Numbered from the stretch's first letter, positions 1 to 7,882 are shown. The stretch: DNA of 64,000 nt from a virus (IMGVR_UViG_3300013131_000041:5680-69679), one strand, 5' to 3'. Notes: generated by a model not told the origin, from the letters alone. Program-made: numbers and translations.

Positions 1-216
1 TTCCTCTTCTTCAGAGATACCTTCTTCATCTAATGATACTTCGTCTACTAATTCTTCAACTTCGTTACCACCAATTGTTTCTTCTAAATCTTCTTCTGCT
101 ACTAAGCTCTCATAGATGTCGCGTGATTTCTCTACAACGATCTGATGGAATAATTCACGAGCTTTGTCGCTTTCATCATTAATGATGAACTCAACTAATT
201 GTTCGTATTTGTTCAT
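1..216 (-). CDS. Acidic head-region protein, possibly scaffold or prohead core; runs off the window edge
   Basis: Not in the ORF track. Hand translation from ATG at 216: MNKYEQLVEFIINDESDKARELFHQIVVEKSRDIYESLVAEEDLEE..., Glu-rich. GGAG RBS at 223-226 and TAAATA at 283-288 on the minus strand. Lies downstream of the portal gene. Function is inferred from synteny. Confidence 0.7.
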   Translation of the reverse strand, partial: MNKYEQLVEFIINDESDKARELFHQIVVEKSRDIYESLVAEEDLEETIGGNEVEELVDEVSLDEEGISEEEE

Positions 217-347
217 TATGAACTCCTTAAAAATCTAATATAAGTTTCGAAACTTACACCGGTAAGGTGTATTATGTTTATATATTTAATAAATTTGTAA
301 AAAAGTGGGGTTATATGTGTGTTTTTTGAGCCAAAAAGGGGAGATAA

Positions 348-572
348 TTACATGCCGCCTTGTTCTTGTGGCGGTGCCTTGTATTGTTGTTGTACAGCAT
401 CAATCTTCTTTTCGTGTTCCAATTTACGAATATCATTCATAATACGTAAGCGATTTAGCTGTTTTAGAGTTAACTTAGTCTTGCGGAGATCGCGGAGTTT
501 GACGACTGTGTTGTCGTCTTTTTCAGTTTCGTATCCTGCAGGAGTAGGTTCAAATATTTCTAATAGGTTCAT
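348..572 (-). CDS. Small hypothetical head-region protein (74 aa)
   Basis: 3' part of track ORF 348..701. The ATG at 572 (MNLLEIFEP...LRKTKLTLKQLNRLR) avoids overlap with the portal gene and sits 5 nt after a TAAATA motif. Confidence 0.7.
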   Translation of the reverse strand: MNLLEIFEPTPAGYETEKDDNTVVKLRDLRKTKLTLKQLNRLRIMNDIRKLEHEKKIDAVQQQYKAPPQEQGGM

Positions 573-591
573 AACGTTATTTACCAAATTC

Positions 592-2322
592 TTATAAACC
601 TGCGCCCGGCGTAGTTGTTGGGGTCGCGCCGCCTGCGCCGCCTGCGCCTGCTTCACCTGGTCCTGCTCCAGGTGTTGTACCCGGCATGCCCGGAGCTTCA
701 CCAGCTGGGGGTGCTTCTGGTGTTAGTGTATCCATATCTTGTTGAATTCCTGCATTAGTTACACCAACTGCACGTAGTCCTGCTTGCGGGATTTCTGTGT
801 CGCCTACTAGGCCATTTTCTTGTGCCCATAACTCGTCGTTACGTTGCATTTCCTCTTCGCTCAGATCTAAATAGCGTTCTAATAAGAATCGTTTGCTTAG
901 ATAGCCATATCCCTCAAGCTGTGCAAATGACGCTATACGTGTTTGGTCAACTTCAGCCTGGCGATATTTTGCAAAATTTTGCGGTTCGTTAAAGCGCAGT
1001 TCAAATAAGGCGTTATCAATGTTAACTCCTCTCCAGCGCATGAACATCTTAAATTCTGTGTCTAACTTCTCACACACCATTGTTTGTAGACGTTTGCAGT
1101 ATTGATTAAAGCGCCATTCTTGGATAAGTGCAGTAGTTGTTTTGCCATCACTATATGAGCGTTCACTTTCATCTGTACCAGTAGGCAGGTATGAGCTAGG
1201 AATACGCAAACCACGGAACATTTTGTTTGTAAAGAACCGTAAGTCAGTAATTTCACCTAGATTACTACCACCCGGAAATGGTTCTACGCTAGAACCACGA
1301 CCATCAGCAGTTACAGGGAAGAAGTAGTCTTCATTTGTTGACAATGGATTATATGTGGCATCCATCATGTTTTGACCGCCACCAGTTTGTGTAGGTATAC
1401 GACGTTGATGAATTTCGTTTTTAACACGTTCTACATAAGCCATAGCCATGTGTGTTGGCATATTGCCCACGTCAATCTTAAATACACGACGTTCTGGCGC
1501 ACGTTGTATGCGATAAATGATAATAGCATCTTCTAATAGTTCTTTTTGTTTAAAGATTTTAAAGATGCTTTCTAATACGCTAGTACCAAATGGCCAATTT
1601 AAGTCTAAGCCTTCTGTTAAACTGATGTGAACTACGTGTTCAGCATCAATAACTGCTTCGTTCTGTGCATGACTAAAGCGACTCCCACCACTGTACGGTG
1701 TTTGTGGTTGCACATAAGCGCCGCTAGGGCCGCCTACTTGCGGGTGATTGATAAATGTGTCACTTGAACTCAATGCGGTAGCTGTTAAGTTTTGGAAGTT
1801 AATATTAAGATCTTTAACCACATACTGCTCAGGTTTCTTGCCTTCTGCTTCGTTTACAATAACTTTAGTAATTTTGAACATTTCTGTCCAGTATAACTTA
1901 AAGTTTTCTGGATCTCGCAGGAATACCTGATCGCCATACTTAATAGTATTGCGGAATAGTTTAAACAAGCGTTTGTTTAGATCGTTTAGTGTTACCCATT
2001 GTTGTAGTTGATCTTTAAGGATTTTAACTTCGTTGTCTGTTGGGTCTTCTTTGAAGAATAAATCAAACCCTGTACCATTTTCAATGTTTGACTGTGTACA
2101 GAATTCAGCGATAATGTCTAGTGCAGCATTAACTTCGCTGTCCATGTCCATTTGTTCATATTGATTATAGCGTTCTGTACGATTAGGGTGCCCAATGTAC
2201 ACTTCTGGTAATTGACTAGCAAAGTTACGATATCCTGTATCGGGTAAGCTATTACCCCCACCATTAATAGGACTCATCATACCACTAGTATTAGCAGTCT
2301 TAAAGTATTTTTTCCACGCCAT
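592..2322 (-). CDS. gp20: Portal protein, T4 gp20-like
   Basis: Contains LLEDAIIIYRIQRAPERRVFKIDVGNMP, EDYFFP and FRGLRIPSSYL, which match conserved T4-type portal segments. 576 aa with a Pro/Gly/Ala-rich C-terminal tail. Confidence 0.93.
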   Translation of the reverse strand: MAWKKYFKTANTSGMMSPINGGGNSLPDTGYRNFASQLPEVYIGHPNRTERYNQYEQMDMDSEVNAALDIIAEFCTQSNIENGTGFDLFFKEDPTDNEVKILKDQLQQWVTLNDLNKRLFKLFRNTIKYGDQVFLRDPENFKLYWTEMFKITKVIVNEAEGKKPEQYVVKDLNINFQNLTATALSSSDTFINHPQVGGPSGAYVQPQTPYSGGSRFSHAQNEAVIDAEHVVHISLTEGLDLNWPFGTSVLESIFKIFKQKELLEDAIIIYRIQRAPERRVFKIDVGNMPTHMAMAYVERVKNEIHQRRIPTQTGGGQNMMDATYNPLSTNEDYFFPVTADGRGSSVEPFPGGSNLGEITDLRFFTNKMFRGLRIPSSYLPTGTDESERSYSDGKTTTALIQEWRFNQYCKRLQTMVCEKLDTEFKMFMRWRGVNIDNALFELRFNEPQNFAKYRQAEVDQTRIASFAQLEGYGYLSKRFLLERYLDLSEEEMQRNDELWAQENGLVGDTEIPQAGLRAVGVTNAGIQQDMDTLTPEAPPAGEAPGMPGTTPGAGPGEAGAGGAGGATPTTTPGAGL

Positions 2323-2387
2323 ATTTGTTTAACCTAGGTTGTATATTTATTATATTTAACTGTTTTATTGGGCTAGTGCAAATTATT

Positions 2388-4706
2388 TTAATTAGTATTA
2401 TGCGCCACTCTGGCAGTATGATTCACATTTTCTTTCATTAAATCTACTAATTCATTAAGTTTTGCATTTGTTTGGCCAACACCGCTACTTTCATCGTCGT
2501 TCATTGCTGCCATTGCATTTCTAATAGGTGCAGCTTCTGGTCTGCTCATAAATTCTGCTTGCAATTGATCAGCATTGAATCCCTCAAACCCTCGCATACG
2601 TTCTCTGAGTACCCCCATACGTCCTGCACTCATGCCTATCTGTGCTTGGAGATCACCTGCACCCATGCGATTGCCTGTCATTTCACGCATAGCATCAATG
2701 GCTCTCACTAAATTTGCTGTTGATGCTGTGCTTAATACACTAGAAGGTCCACTAATCAACTCAGGTCCCGATTCTCCAACCAATGCTGTTTGCCCTGCAC
2801 CCAAGGTGCCACCACCTGCCATAGTTTTTTGGAACAGTCCTAATTTTTTGTAGGTCTCCAATCGTTGATTGTAACTCGCATCAGTTTCGCCCGGTGCGCG
2901 GGCCACAATGTGAGAATACTGGTCAGCATCAAATCCCATATCAGCAGCAGCTGCTTTTTCTTTGCCTTGTTTTTCTCGTGTTGCACGAGTTGCGGCTGCA
3001 TATCCTCGCCCTGGACCTAAACCCATATCGGCTAACATATCCTCAACAACGCCTAGCATCTCTACACTTACTTTTGAAAATTGTTTAATTGCAGGAGTTA
3101 GATTTTCTTGAAGAGATAATTTTAAATCTTGTGCCGCTCTCTCAGCGCCGACCACTGAAGTAGTTAACTCATCATTGGCATTTTTAGCATCTAAGTTTGC
3201 CTCGGCCCCTTGAACCGACGATTTGGTATATTTGTTATTAATATCTATTTGATCAGATAAAGTTTTACCATATTCTTTAAGATCGCCCACTGCATACGTA
3301 GCACGACCTATAGCAGTCATACCTAAAATGCTCTTGTTAATTTCTTCGCCATGTTTGGCGTTTAATTCGGCACCTTTTTTGTATGTTAAAGTATGATTCA
3401 TATACGCATCATACAATTCTCTACCTTTATCCCTTGCGCCTTTTACTTGCGCTTCGTATATTGCACCTTGCTCATTTACTACAGCACCGTTAAAAATTAC
3501 ACGATCTTTAAAATTCTTAACTTCAACTGCGCTCATTGATGCAAGAGCGTCAGTGATTGCACGCTGCTCTTCTACGCTTTTAGTAGCTAATGCTTGTCTA
3601 AAACCTAATTCTTTTGATTCTTCTTCGGCGTGTGCCATTTTCTTTTTAGCATCTTCGCCGGTAATACTTGCAATCAATCTTAGATTTTCTGCATATTGTT
3701 GAGTTGCTCGTTGGACGTTTTGATCAGTAACTGTTTTACCGGTCAACCGCATTTGGCGAGTAACATCAGCCATTAGTTCTACTTGTTCTTCAAATCCGTA
3801 GCCCAATTTAAGTAACTGCTCTTGCGCTCCTGATTTTTTAAGCTCTGCACCAACACGGCCTAACATCTTAACCCCGTCGGTTACACTCAATCCTGCGGCG
3901 GCAATTTTGTCACTACTGCCCTTAACTACATTAGACATCTGTTCAACTGTTAGCCCAGCGTCGCCTGCCGCGGCACGCATACCTGTCATGCCATCTGTAA
4001 ACATCGCCCCAGACGCATTCATTTGATTGAATGCTTTGTATGTTTTTTCTACTTCTTTGGCTAAGATTTCTACGCCAAACTTAGCAAGTTTGGTTGCAGT
4101 TTCAGACGTGGAATCGAGTACAGTGCCTAATACTTTTAGTGCACCTCCTACTACAAACCCCCATCCTTCTGTGGCGATTCCTGCGGCCATAGCTGCGTCG
4201 CCCAACGCATTTAAACTTTTCCCAACACCCGAAGCGGCTGAACCAGCTACTTCAATACCGGCTGTCATCAGATCAGCGGCTAGCTGAGCTCCCGACGCAT
4301 CATTTTGAAGATTTTTAACAAACTGACCAATTCCCCTTACCGCACTACCGGCCATTTCAGTTGTGGCCTTTTTAGTAGATTCTGATAGTGCTTTTGTAGC
4401 TGCTTCTGCGGCTATATCGGCTTTCATCTTCTTTTTAACAGCAATTTCTGCGGAACGTTCTGCCGCAGTTGCTTTATCAGTTGATGAGCTTAATTCGTCA
4501 ATCGAATCATCAAGTTCATCCATGACCTTTTTAAGGCTAGCATAGGTAGTTTGCTGACTCTTAGAGGCTTTAGTCAGCTTGTCTATTTCTTTTTGGAACT
4601 GAGCTGCCGATTTACCACCGTTCTTGTAAATATCGTCGAGGTCGCCAGACATCGCACCCCATCTTTCAAGGAATGCCCTTAAACTTTCTAAATTTTTATC
4701 ATCCAT
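2388..4706 (-). CDS. Tail tape measure protein
   Basis: About 772 aa, Ala/Gly/Lys-rich and helical-looking, with a hydrophobic segment (AAMAAGIATEGWGFVVGGAL) and a late GGTLGAGQTALVGESGPELI motif typical of tape measure C-termini. Start placed at ATG 4706 (GAGG RBS at 4716-4719, downstream of TATAAATA). Confidence 0.7.
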   Translation of the reverse strand: MDDKNLESLRAFLERWGAMSGDLDDIYKNGGKSAAQFQKEIDKLTKASKSQQTTYASLKKVMDELDDSIDELSSSTDKATAAERSAEIAVKKKMKADIAAEAATKALSESTKKATTEMAGSAVRGIGQFVKNLQNDASGAQLAADLMTAGIEVAGSAASGVGKSLNALGDAAMAAGIATEGWGFVVGGALKVLGTVLDSTSETATKLAKFGVEILAKEVEKTYKAFNQMNASGAMFTDGMTGMRAAAGDAGLTVEQMSNVVKGSSDKIAAAGLSVTDGVKMLGRVGAELKKSGAQEQLLKLGYGFEEQVELMADVTRQMRLTGKTVTDQNVQRATQQYAENLRLIASITGEDAKKKMAHAEEESKELGFRQALATKSVEEQRAITDALASMSAVEVKNFKDRVIFNGAVVNEQGAIYEAQVKGARDKGRELYDAYMNHTLTYKKGAELNAKHGEEINKSILGMTAIGRATYAVGDLKEYGKTLSDQIDINNKYTKSSVQGAEANLDAKNANDELTTSVVGAERAAQDLKLSLQENLTPAIKQFSKVSVEMLGVVEDMLADMGLGPGRGYAAATRATREKQGKEKAAAADMGFDADQYSHIVARAPGETDASYNQRLETYKKLGLFQKTMAGGGTLGAGQTALVGESGPELISGPSSVLSTASTANLVRAIDAMREMTGNRMGAGDLQAQIGMSAGRMGVLRERMRGFEGFNADQLQAEFMSRPEAAPIRNAMAAMNDDESSGVGQTNAKLNELVDLMKENVNHTARVAHNTN

Positions 4707-4733
4707 GCTTTTATAGACCTCGGTTTTTAGCAC

Positions 4734-4741
4734 CATAAATA
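4734..4741 (+). promoter_or_regulatory. Late promoter (CATAAATA) for the gp26-like gene
   Basis: 7/8 match to the T4 late consensus TATAAATA, 40 nt upstream of ATG 4782. A gp55-like sigma factor is encoded in the window. Confidence 0.6.
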
Positions 4742-4761
4742 TAAAATATGATACTATCAAT

Positions 4762-4769
4762 TATTTATA
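4762..4769 (-). promoter_or_regulatory. Late promoter (TATAAATA) for the tape measure gene
   Basis: Perfect T4 late consensus on the minus strand (plus strand reads tatttata), upstream of ATG 4706. Confidence 0.7.
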
Positions 4770-4781
4770 GGAAATAAAACC

Positions 4782-5648
4782 ATGGGACAAACTCAAGTTT
4801 TCAAACAAGCTAACCCACTAACCAAACATTTTAGACAGCCAAGCATTTACATAAAACTGCCAAGTAAAGGGCATTTTTGGCCTGAGGGCAGCCTTGAACA
4901 AACAGTAACTAATGAGATTCCTGTGCTATCAATGAGTACAAAAGATGAAATAATCTTACGCACACCTGACGCACTACTAAATGGACAAGGTGTGATTGAT
5001 GTTATACAAAGTTGTTGTCCAAGTATTAAAGATGCTTGGAATATGCCTAGTATCGACGTTGATAGTGTTATTATTGCTATACGTATTGCTAGTTACGGAA
5101 ACTCAATGGATTTTAGCGCAGAATGCCCGCATTGTAAGGATACACACGATTATGCTGTTGACTTAGGTGCTGTACTGAATAGTATCGACTCGCCAAATTA
5201 TAGCAAACCTGTTGTGATAGATAATCTTAAAATCAAACTGCGTCCGCAACCATATTTTAGTTTAAATCAAACAAATATCATCGCTTACGAAGAGCAGCAA
5301 CTGTTACGATCTTTACAACTACTTGAAGATAACAGTGCAGAAACACAGACAAAATTTAATAGTCAACTGAATAAATTAATAGATCTCAACATTATGATCA
5401 CTGCTGACAGTACAGAAAGCATTGAAACCGAAGAAGGGCAGATTGTAACTGATCGAGAATTTATTAAAGAGTTTTACACAAATTGTGATAATAAAACTGT
5501 TAAAGCTGTAAAAACACAACTTGATCTATTTAACTCTCAAGCAAACATCAAACCCTTCAACGTTGTTTGTGAAAATGAAGAATGTAAAAAAGAGTTTGAC
5601 ATTAATATTGTTTTTGATTTTGCAAGTTTTTTCGGCAAAGGCTCTTAA
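4782..5648 (+). CDS. gp26: Baseplate hub assembly protein / tail assembly chaperone, T4 gp26-like
   Basis: IKLPSKG, MSTKDEIIL and IAIRIASYG segments, Zn-finger-like CPHC and CENEEC, and a C-terminal ASFFG. This fits the T4 gp26-like family. Confidence 0.7.
   Translation: MGQTQVFKQANPLTKHFRQPSIYIKLPSKGHFWPEGSLEQTVTNEIPVLSMSTKDEIILRTPDALLNGQGVIDVIQSCCPSIKDAWNMPSIDVDSVIIAIRIASYGNSMDFSAECPHCKDTHDYAVDLGAVLNSIDSPNYSKPVVIDNLKIKLRPQPYFSLNQTNIIAYEEQQLLRSLQLLEDNSAETQTKFNSQLNKLIDLNIMITADSTESIETEEGQIVTDREFIKEFYTNCDNKTVKAVKTQLDLFNSQANIKPFNVVCENEECKKEFDINIVFDFASFFGKGS
5627..5633 (+). promoter_or_regulatory. Putative -1 programmed ribosomal frameshift site (T TTT TTC)
   Basis: Canonical X XXY YYZ heptamer in the correct frame, 4 codons before the stop of 4782..5648. 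The -1 frame stays open for 76 codons to TAA at 5861-5863. Confidence 0.6.
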
Positions 5649-5863
5649 CATTAGATAAAGACGCTGTCGTTGAACTTCTCGAAGGATACGACAAACAGGT
5701 AAGGGCCTTAAAAGATGATGCGTTGCGTATGTGTTGGTATATGCGAGGTGGGCTTAGTTACGACGACGCTATGCTGTTAAGTCAGACTGAAAAAGATATC
5801 ATAAACAAAATAGTTAAAGATAACTTAGAAACTACACAAAAAAGTCATCTCCCATTCTTCTAA
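5633..5863 (+). CDS. gp51-like chaperone segment, probably made as a frameshift extension of the upstream protein
   Basis: Not in the ORF track. Reads RQRLLTLDKDAVVELLEGYDKQVRALKDDALRMCWYMRGGLSYDDAMLLSQTEKDIINKIVKDNLETTQKSHLPFF*. The first ATG is only at 5729 and has no clear RBS. Confidence 0.65.
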   Translation, partial: RQRLLTLDKDAVVELLEGYDKQVRALKDDALRMCWYMRGGLSYDDAMLLSQTEKDIINKIVKDNLETTQKSHLPFF

Positions 5864-5951
5864 TTCTATAGTATTATTAATTCCTAGCCATCGACTCTAA
5901 ATAACTGACCCACTGTAGAAATACAGCGTTGGTTATATAGGAGTCCTATTA

Positions 5952-6185
5952 ATGGAAATCTTAGCAAAAGTGAAAGGATGGGCAAATGCCCTTGCAGACG
6001 CATTAGTTAGTGTACTAGCACTAGCAATCGTTTTAGAAGTATTGTTTAAGGGAGCAGCTGTCCCATTTCTACCAGCAACAGATGTAATTGGTTCAGTTAC
6101 AGCAATCGTTAAAACACTAGGTGGTGAAGGTGTTGTTGGGTTAGTAGCTTTATGGGTACTATATTCAATTTGGAAGAACAAGTAA
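5952..6185 (+). CDS. Small membrane protein (77 aa, two hydrophobic segments), function unknown
   Basis: AGGAG RBS at 5939-5943, TAAATA at 5898-5903, hydrophobic stretches LVSVLALAIVLEVLF and GVVGLVALWVLYSIW, basic C-terminus, followed by its own terminator. Confidence 0.8.
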   Translation: MEILAKVKGWANALADALVSVLALAIVLEVLFKGAAVPFLPATDVIGSVTAIVKTLGGEGVVGLVALWVLYSIWKNK

Positions 6186-6207
6186 TTTAGTTCTTTTTAA
6201 TTCGAAG

Positions 6208-6241
6208 AAAGGATTAAGTGTAACAGCTTAGTCCTTTTTTT
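6208..6241 (+). terminator. Rho-independent terminator
   Basis: Stem AAAGGATTAAG / CTTAGTCCTTT with one G-U pair valid on the plus strand, 8-nt loop, T7 run, just after the stop of 5952..6185. Confidence 0.75.
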
Positions 6242-6277
6242 ATTGATTAGAATTTGCACTTTGTATCAGTTAGTTTA

Positions 6278-6327
6278 AGATGTCTGCGACATCTGCAATT
6301 ATCGCTATCGCTCAATTGCTTTTTTTT
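6278..6327. repeat. Tandem inverted repeats (hairpin pair) at a convergent strand switch
   Basis: Perfect AGATGTC-TGC-GACATCT (6278-6294) immediately followed by GCAATT-N13-AATTGC (6295-6319) and T8. Confidence 0.7.
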
Positions 6328-6379
6328 ATCTTCTACGTTGTTTATATTAGTTTACTATGAAACATACGTTAAGTCTTGT

Positions 6380-6730
6380 GCTATCATCCAGATATCAGTC
6401 ACAATTTACCTATCCGAGGCAAATTGCAACTGCACGCATCATCCGAGTACGGCATCACACTAACTAAAAGAGATTGTTATCATTAACACGGAAGCGGTCA
6501 GCCTGTACTCCCTACTCTAGATTTTTCTGGCGGTAGCTCAAACAGCCGTAGTTAGCCAACTGTTATTTTACTCTCGGGTCGGTTTGTTTCGGAGCCCGAA
6601 TCATTTGGTTTTTACACCTAAGTTGAATGCCAATGCCGTTACGTGTCTAGTCTACTCTAGACGTTCCAAGCGCGGCCATTACGCGAGCGCCATCACCTCG
6701 TAACACAGAACTATGTCTGCAATAGGGCTA
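6380..6730 (-). ncRNA. Putative large structured non-coding RNA; family not identified, boundaries approximate
   Basis: No credible ORF, higher GC than its flanks, and several stems. One 16-bp stem at 6396-6432 has three G-U pairs that are only valid on the minus strand. Confidence 0.55.
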
Positions 6731-6732
6731 AT

Positions 6733-7170
6733 TTACTTCTTTATTACTAAATCTTTTACTGAATTTTTGCCGAGTTTGATTTGAATTATGCCGTTGTAGT
6801 TGTTCTCACGTAGTAACACATCTTCTTTAAATTGATAATATGCTTCTAAATAGTTTGTTTCACCTCTGCTGTTACATAAGTGAACTATTTCGCGAGTAAA
6901 CTTGTCTTTGCCATGAGTGTCGATATCTGCTTGTAGTCGCGGACTAGATCCCCAGTAGGTCTTCCAATCTGTTTCTACCGTTTCACGACGTTTATTTTTC
7001 TTGCCTTTTAGAGGTGGTCTCTTTTTGATTGTAGTGAAATACTTGCGGCCAATGTAGTCATGACCATTTATTGTGTTGGTAATTCTGTAGATAAAGCCAT
7101 AATAAGTGCCGATATCCTCAGACTCAAATGCTACACCGTTATAAGTCCAAGGATGATCGTATGATGCCAT
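6733..7170 (-). CDS. GIY-YIG family nuclease-like protein (145 aa)
   Basis: YGFIYRITNTINGHDYIGRK is a GIY-YIG motif variant, followed by YWGSS, LEA and YN. Start at ATG 7170, 5 nt after TAAATA. Confidence 0.75.
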   Translation of the reverse strand: MASYDHPWTYNGVAFESEDIGTYYGFIYRITNTINGHDYIGRKYFTTIKKRPPLKGKKNKRRETVETDWKTYWGSSPRLQADIDTHGKDKFTREIVHLCNSRGETNYLEAYYQFKEDVLLRENNYNGIIQIKLGKNSVKDLVIKK

Positions 7171-7184
7171 AGTACTATTTATTT

Positions 7185-7880
7185 TTAATCCCAAATTGAT
7201 GACAAATATTCTGTGTACAAATATTTGGCAAATTTACTGTGACTGTCGGTATCTTTCAACTGACCAGTTGGTGTAGTAGTAATATTATTCTGTTTGGCCC
7301 AAGAAGGAATACTTAAATCAAAAATATCCACAATGTTTTTTCTTTTTGCTAATGATTGATAAGATTCGGTCCCTAAAATATAACCTAAATTGCTCATTGA
7401 TTTTACGTTAGTTGCTGCAGAAAAAATAAAATATGGTATTTGTAAATTTTCTAACGTACTAGTAAACATAAAGAGTTTATAGAAAAAGTGTGCAAATTGT
7501 GTGTTTATGTCTTCGTCGACAAGAGATTGTAATCTATACGCTGATAATTCTGATCTTGATAAAAAATCACGAGTTACTAGTTTACAACTACCTGAACTAT
7601 CAAATTTTGACACAATACTTAAATCACTAGTCTCAGGTGCCCATACTTCTTCTCTGGTAATAAAACTTAATCCAATTAATGCAAAAAAATTTTGATTGTA
7701 ACTTTTTAATTTTAAACAATCTTCTATAGTAGTTCTAAAGATTCGATCATTAGATGATCCTGGTATAGCTTTATTAATATAATTAACATTAAAAGTTTTT
7801 GCTAACACTTGACCATAAACAGAAATATTATCAACATCAGCTGAATAACTATCTCCGTTTATGTACAAGGTATTATACAT
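7185..7880 (-). CDS. SGNH/GDSL-like protein
   Basis: N-terminal LYINGDSY, NKAIPGSSNDRI and a C-terminal His. Same family pattern as the paralogs at 52771, 60642, 61278 and 61910. DNA is AT-rich. Confidence 0.6.
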   Translation of the reverse strand: MYNTLYINGDSYSADVDNISVYGQVLAKTFNVNYINKAIPGSSNDRIFRTTIEDCLKLKSYNQNFFALIGLSFITREEVWAPETSDLSIVSKFDSSGSCKLVTRDFLSRSELSAYRLQSLVDEDINTQFAHFFYKLFMFTSTLENLQIPYFIFSAATNVKSMSNLGYILGTESYQSLAKRKNIVDIFDLSIPSWAKQNNITTTPTGQLKDTDSHSKFAKYLYTEYLSSIWD

Positions 7881-7882
7881 TT

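Noticed and set aside
253-271. Small alternative hairpins (TACACC/GGTGTA and CTTAC/GTAAG) in the leader of the gene starting at 216
   Set aside because: Stems are only 5-6 bp and do not cover the RBS, so they cannot be told from chance without homologs.
573-701. N-terminal extension of track ORF 348..701 (MKLRACRVQH...)
   Set aside because: It is an alternative frame of the GC-rich portal 3' end. ATG 572 with a TAAATA motif 5 nt upstream is the better start.
600-720. GC-rich repeats (gcgccgcctgcgccgcctgcgcc) as a regulatory or tandem repeat
   Set aside because: Explained by the Gly/Ala/Pro low-complexity tail of the portal protein.
6254-6463. Track ORF of 69 aa in the intergenic region
   Set aside because: TTG start without RBS, directly after a terminator, unnatural composition, and it overlaps the hairpin/RNA structures.
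6245-6732. tRNA, tmRNA or CRISPR mini-array in the non-coding region
   Set aside because: No cloverleaf with T-loop and CCA, and no regularly spaced direct repeats, were seen.
6380-7170. Group I intron carrying a GIY-YIG homing endonuclease
   Set aside because: No interrupted host gene: the flanking genes are complete and convergent. I could not identify group I core elements by eye. An Rfam scan would settle it.
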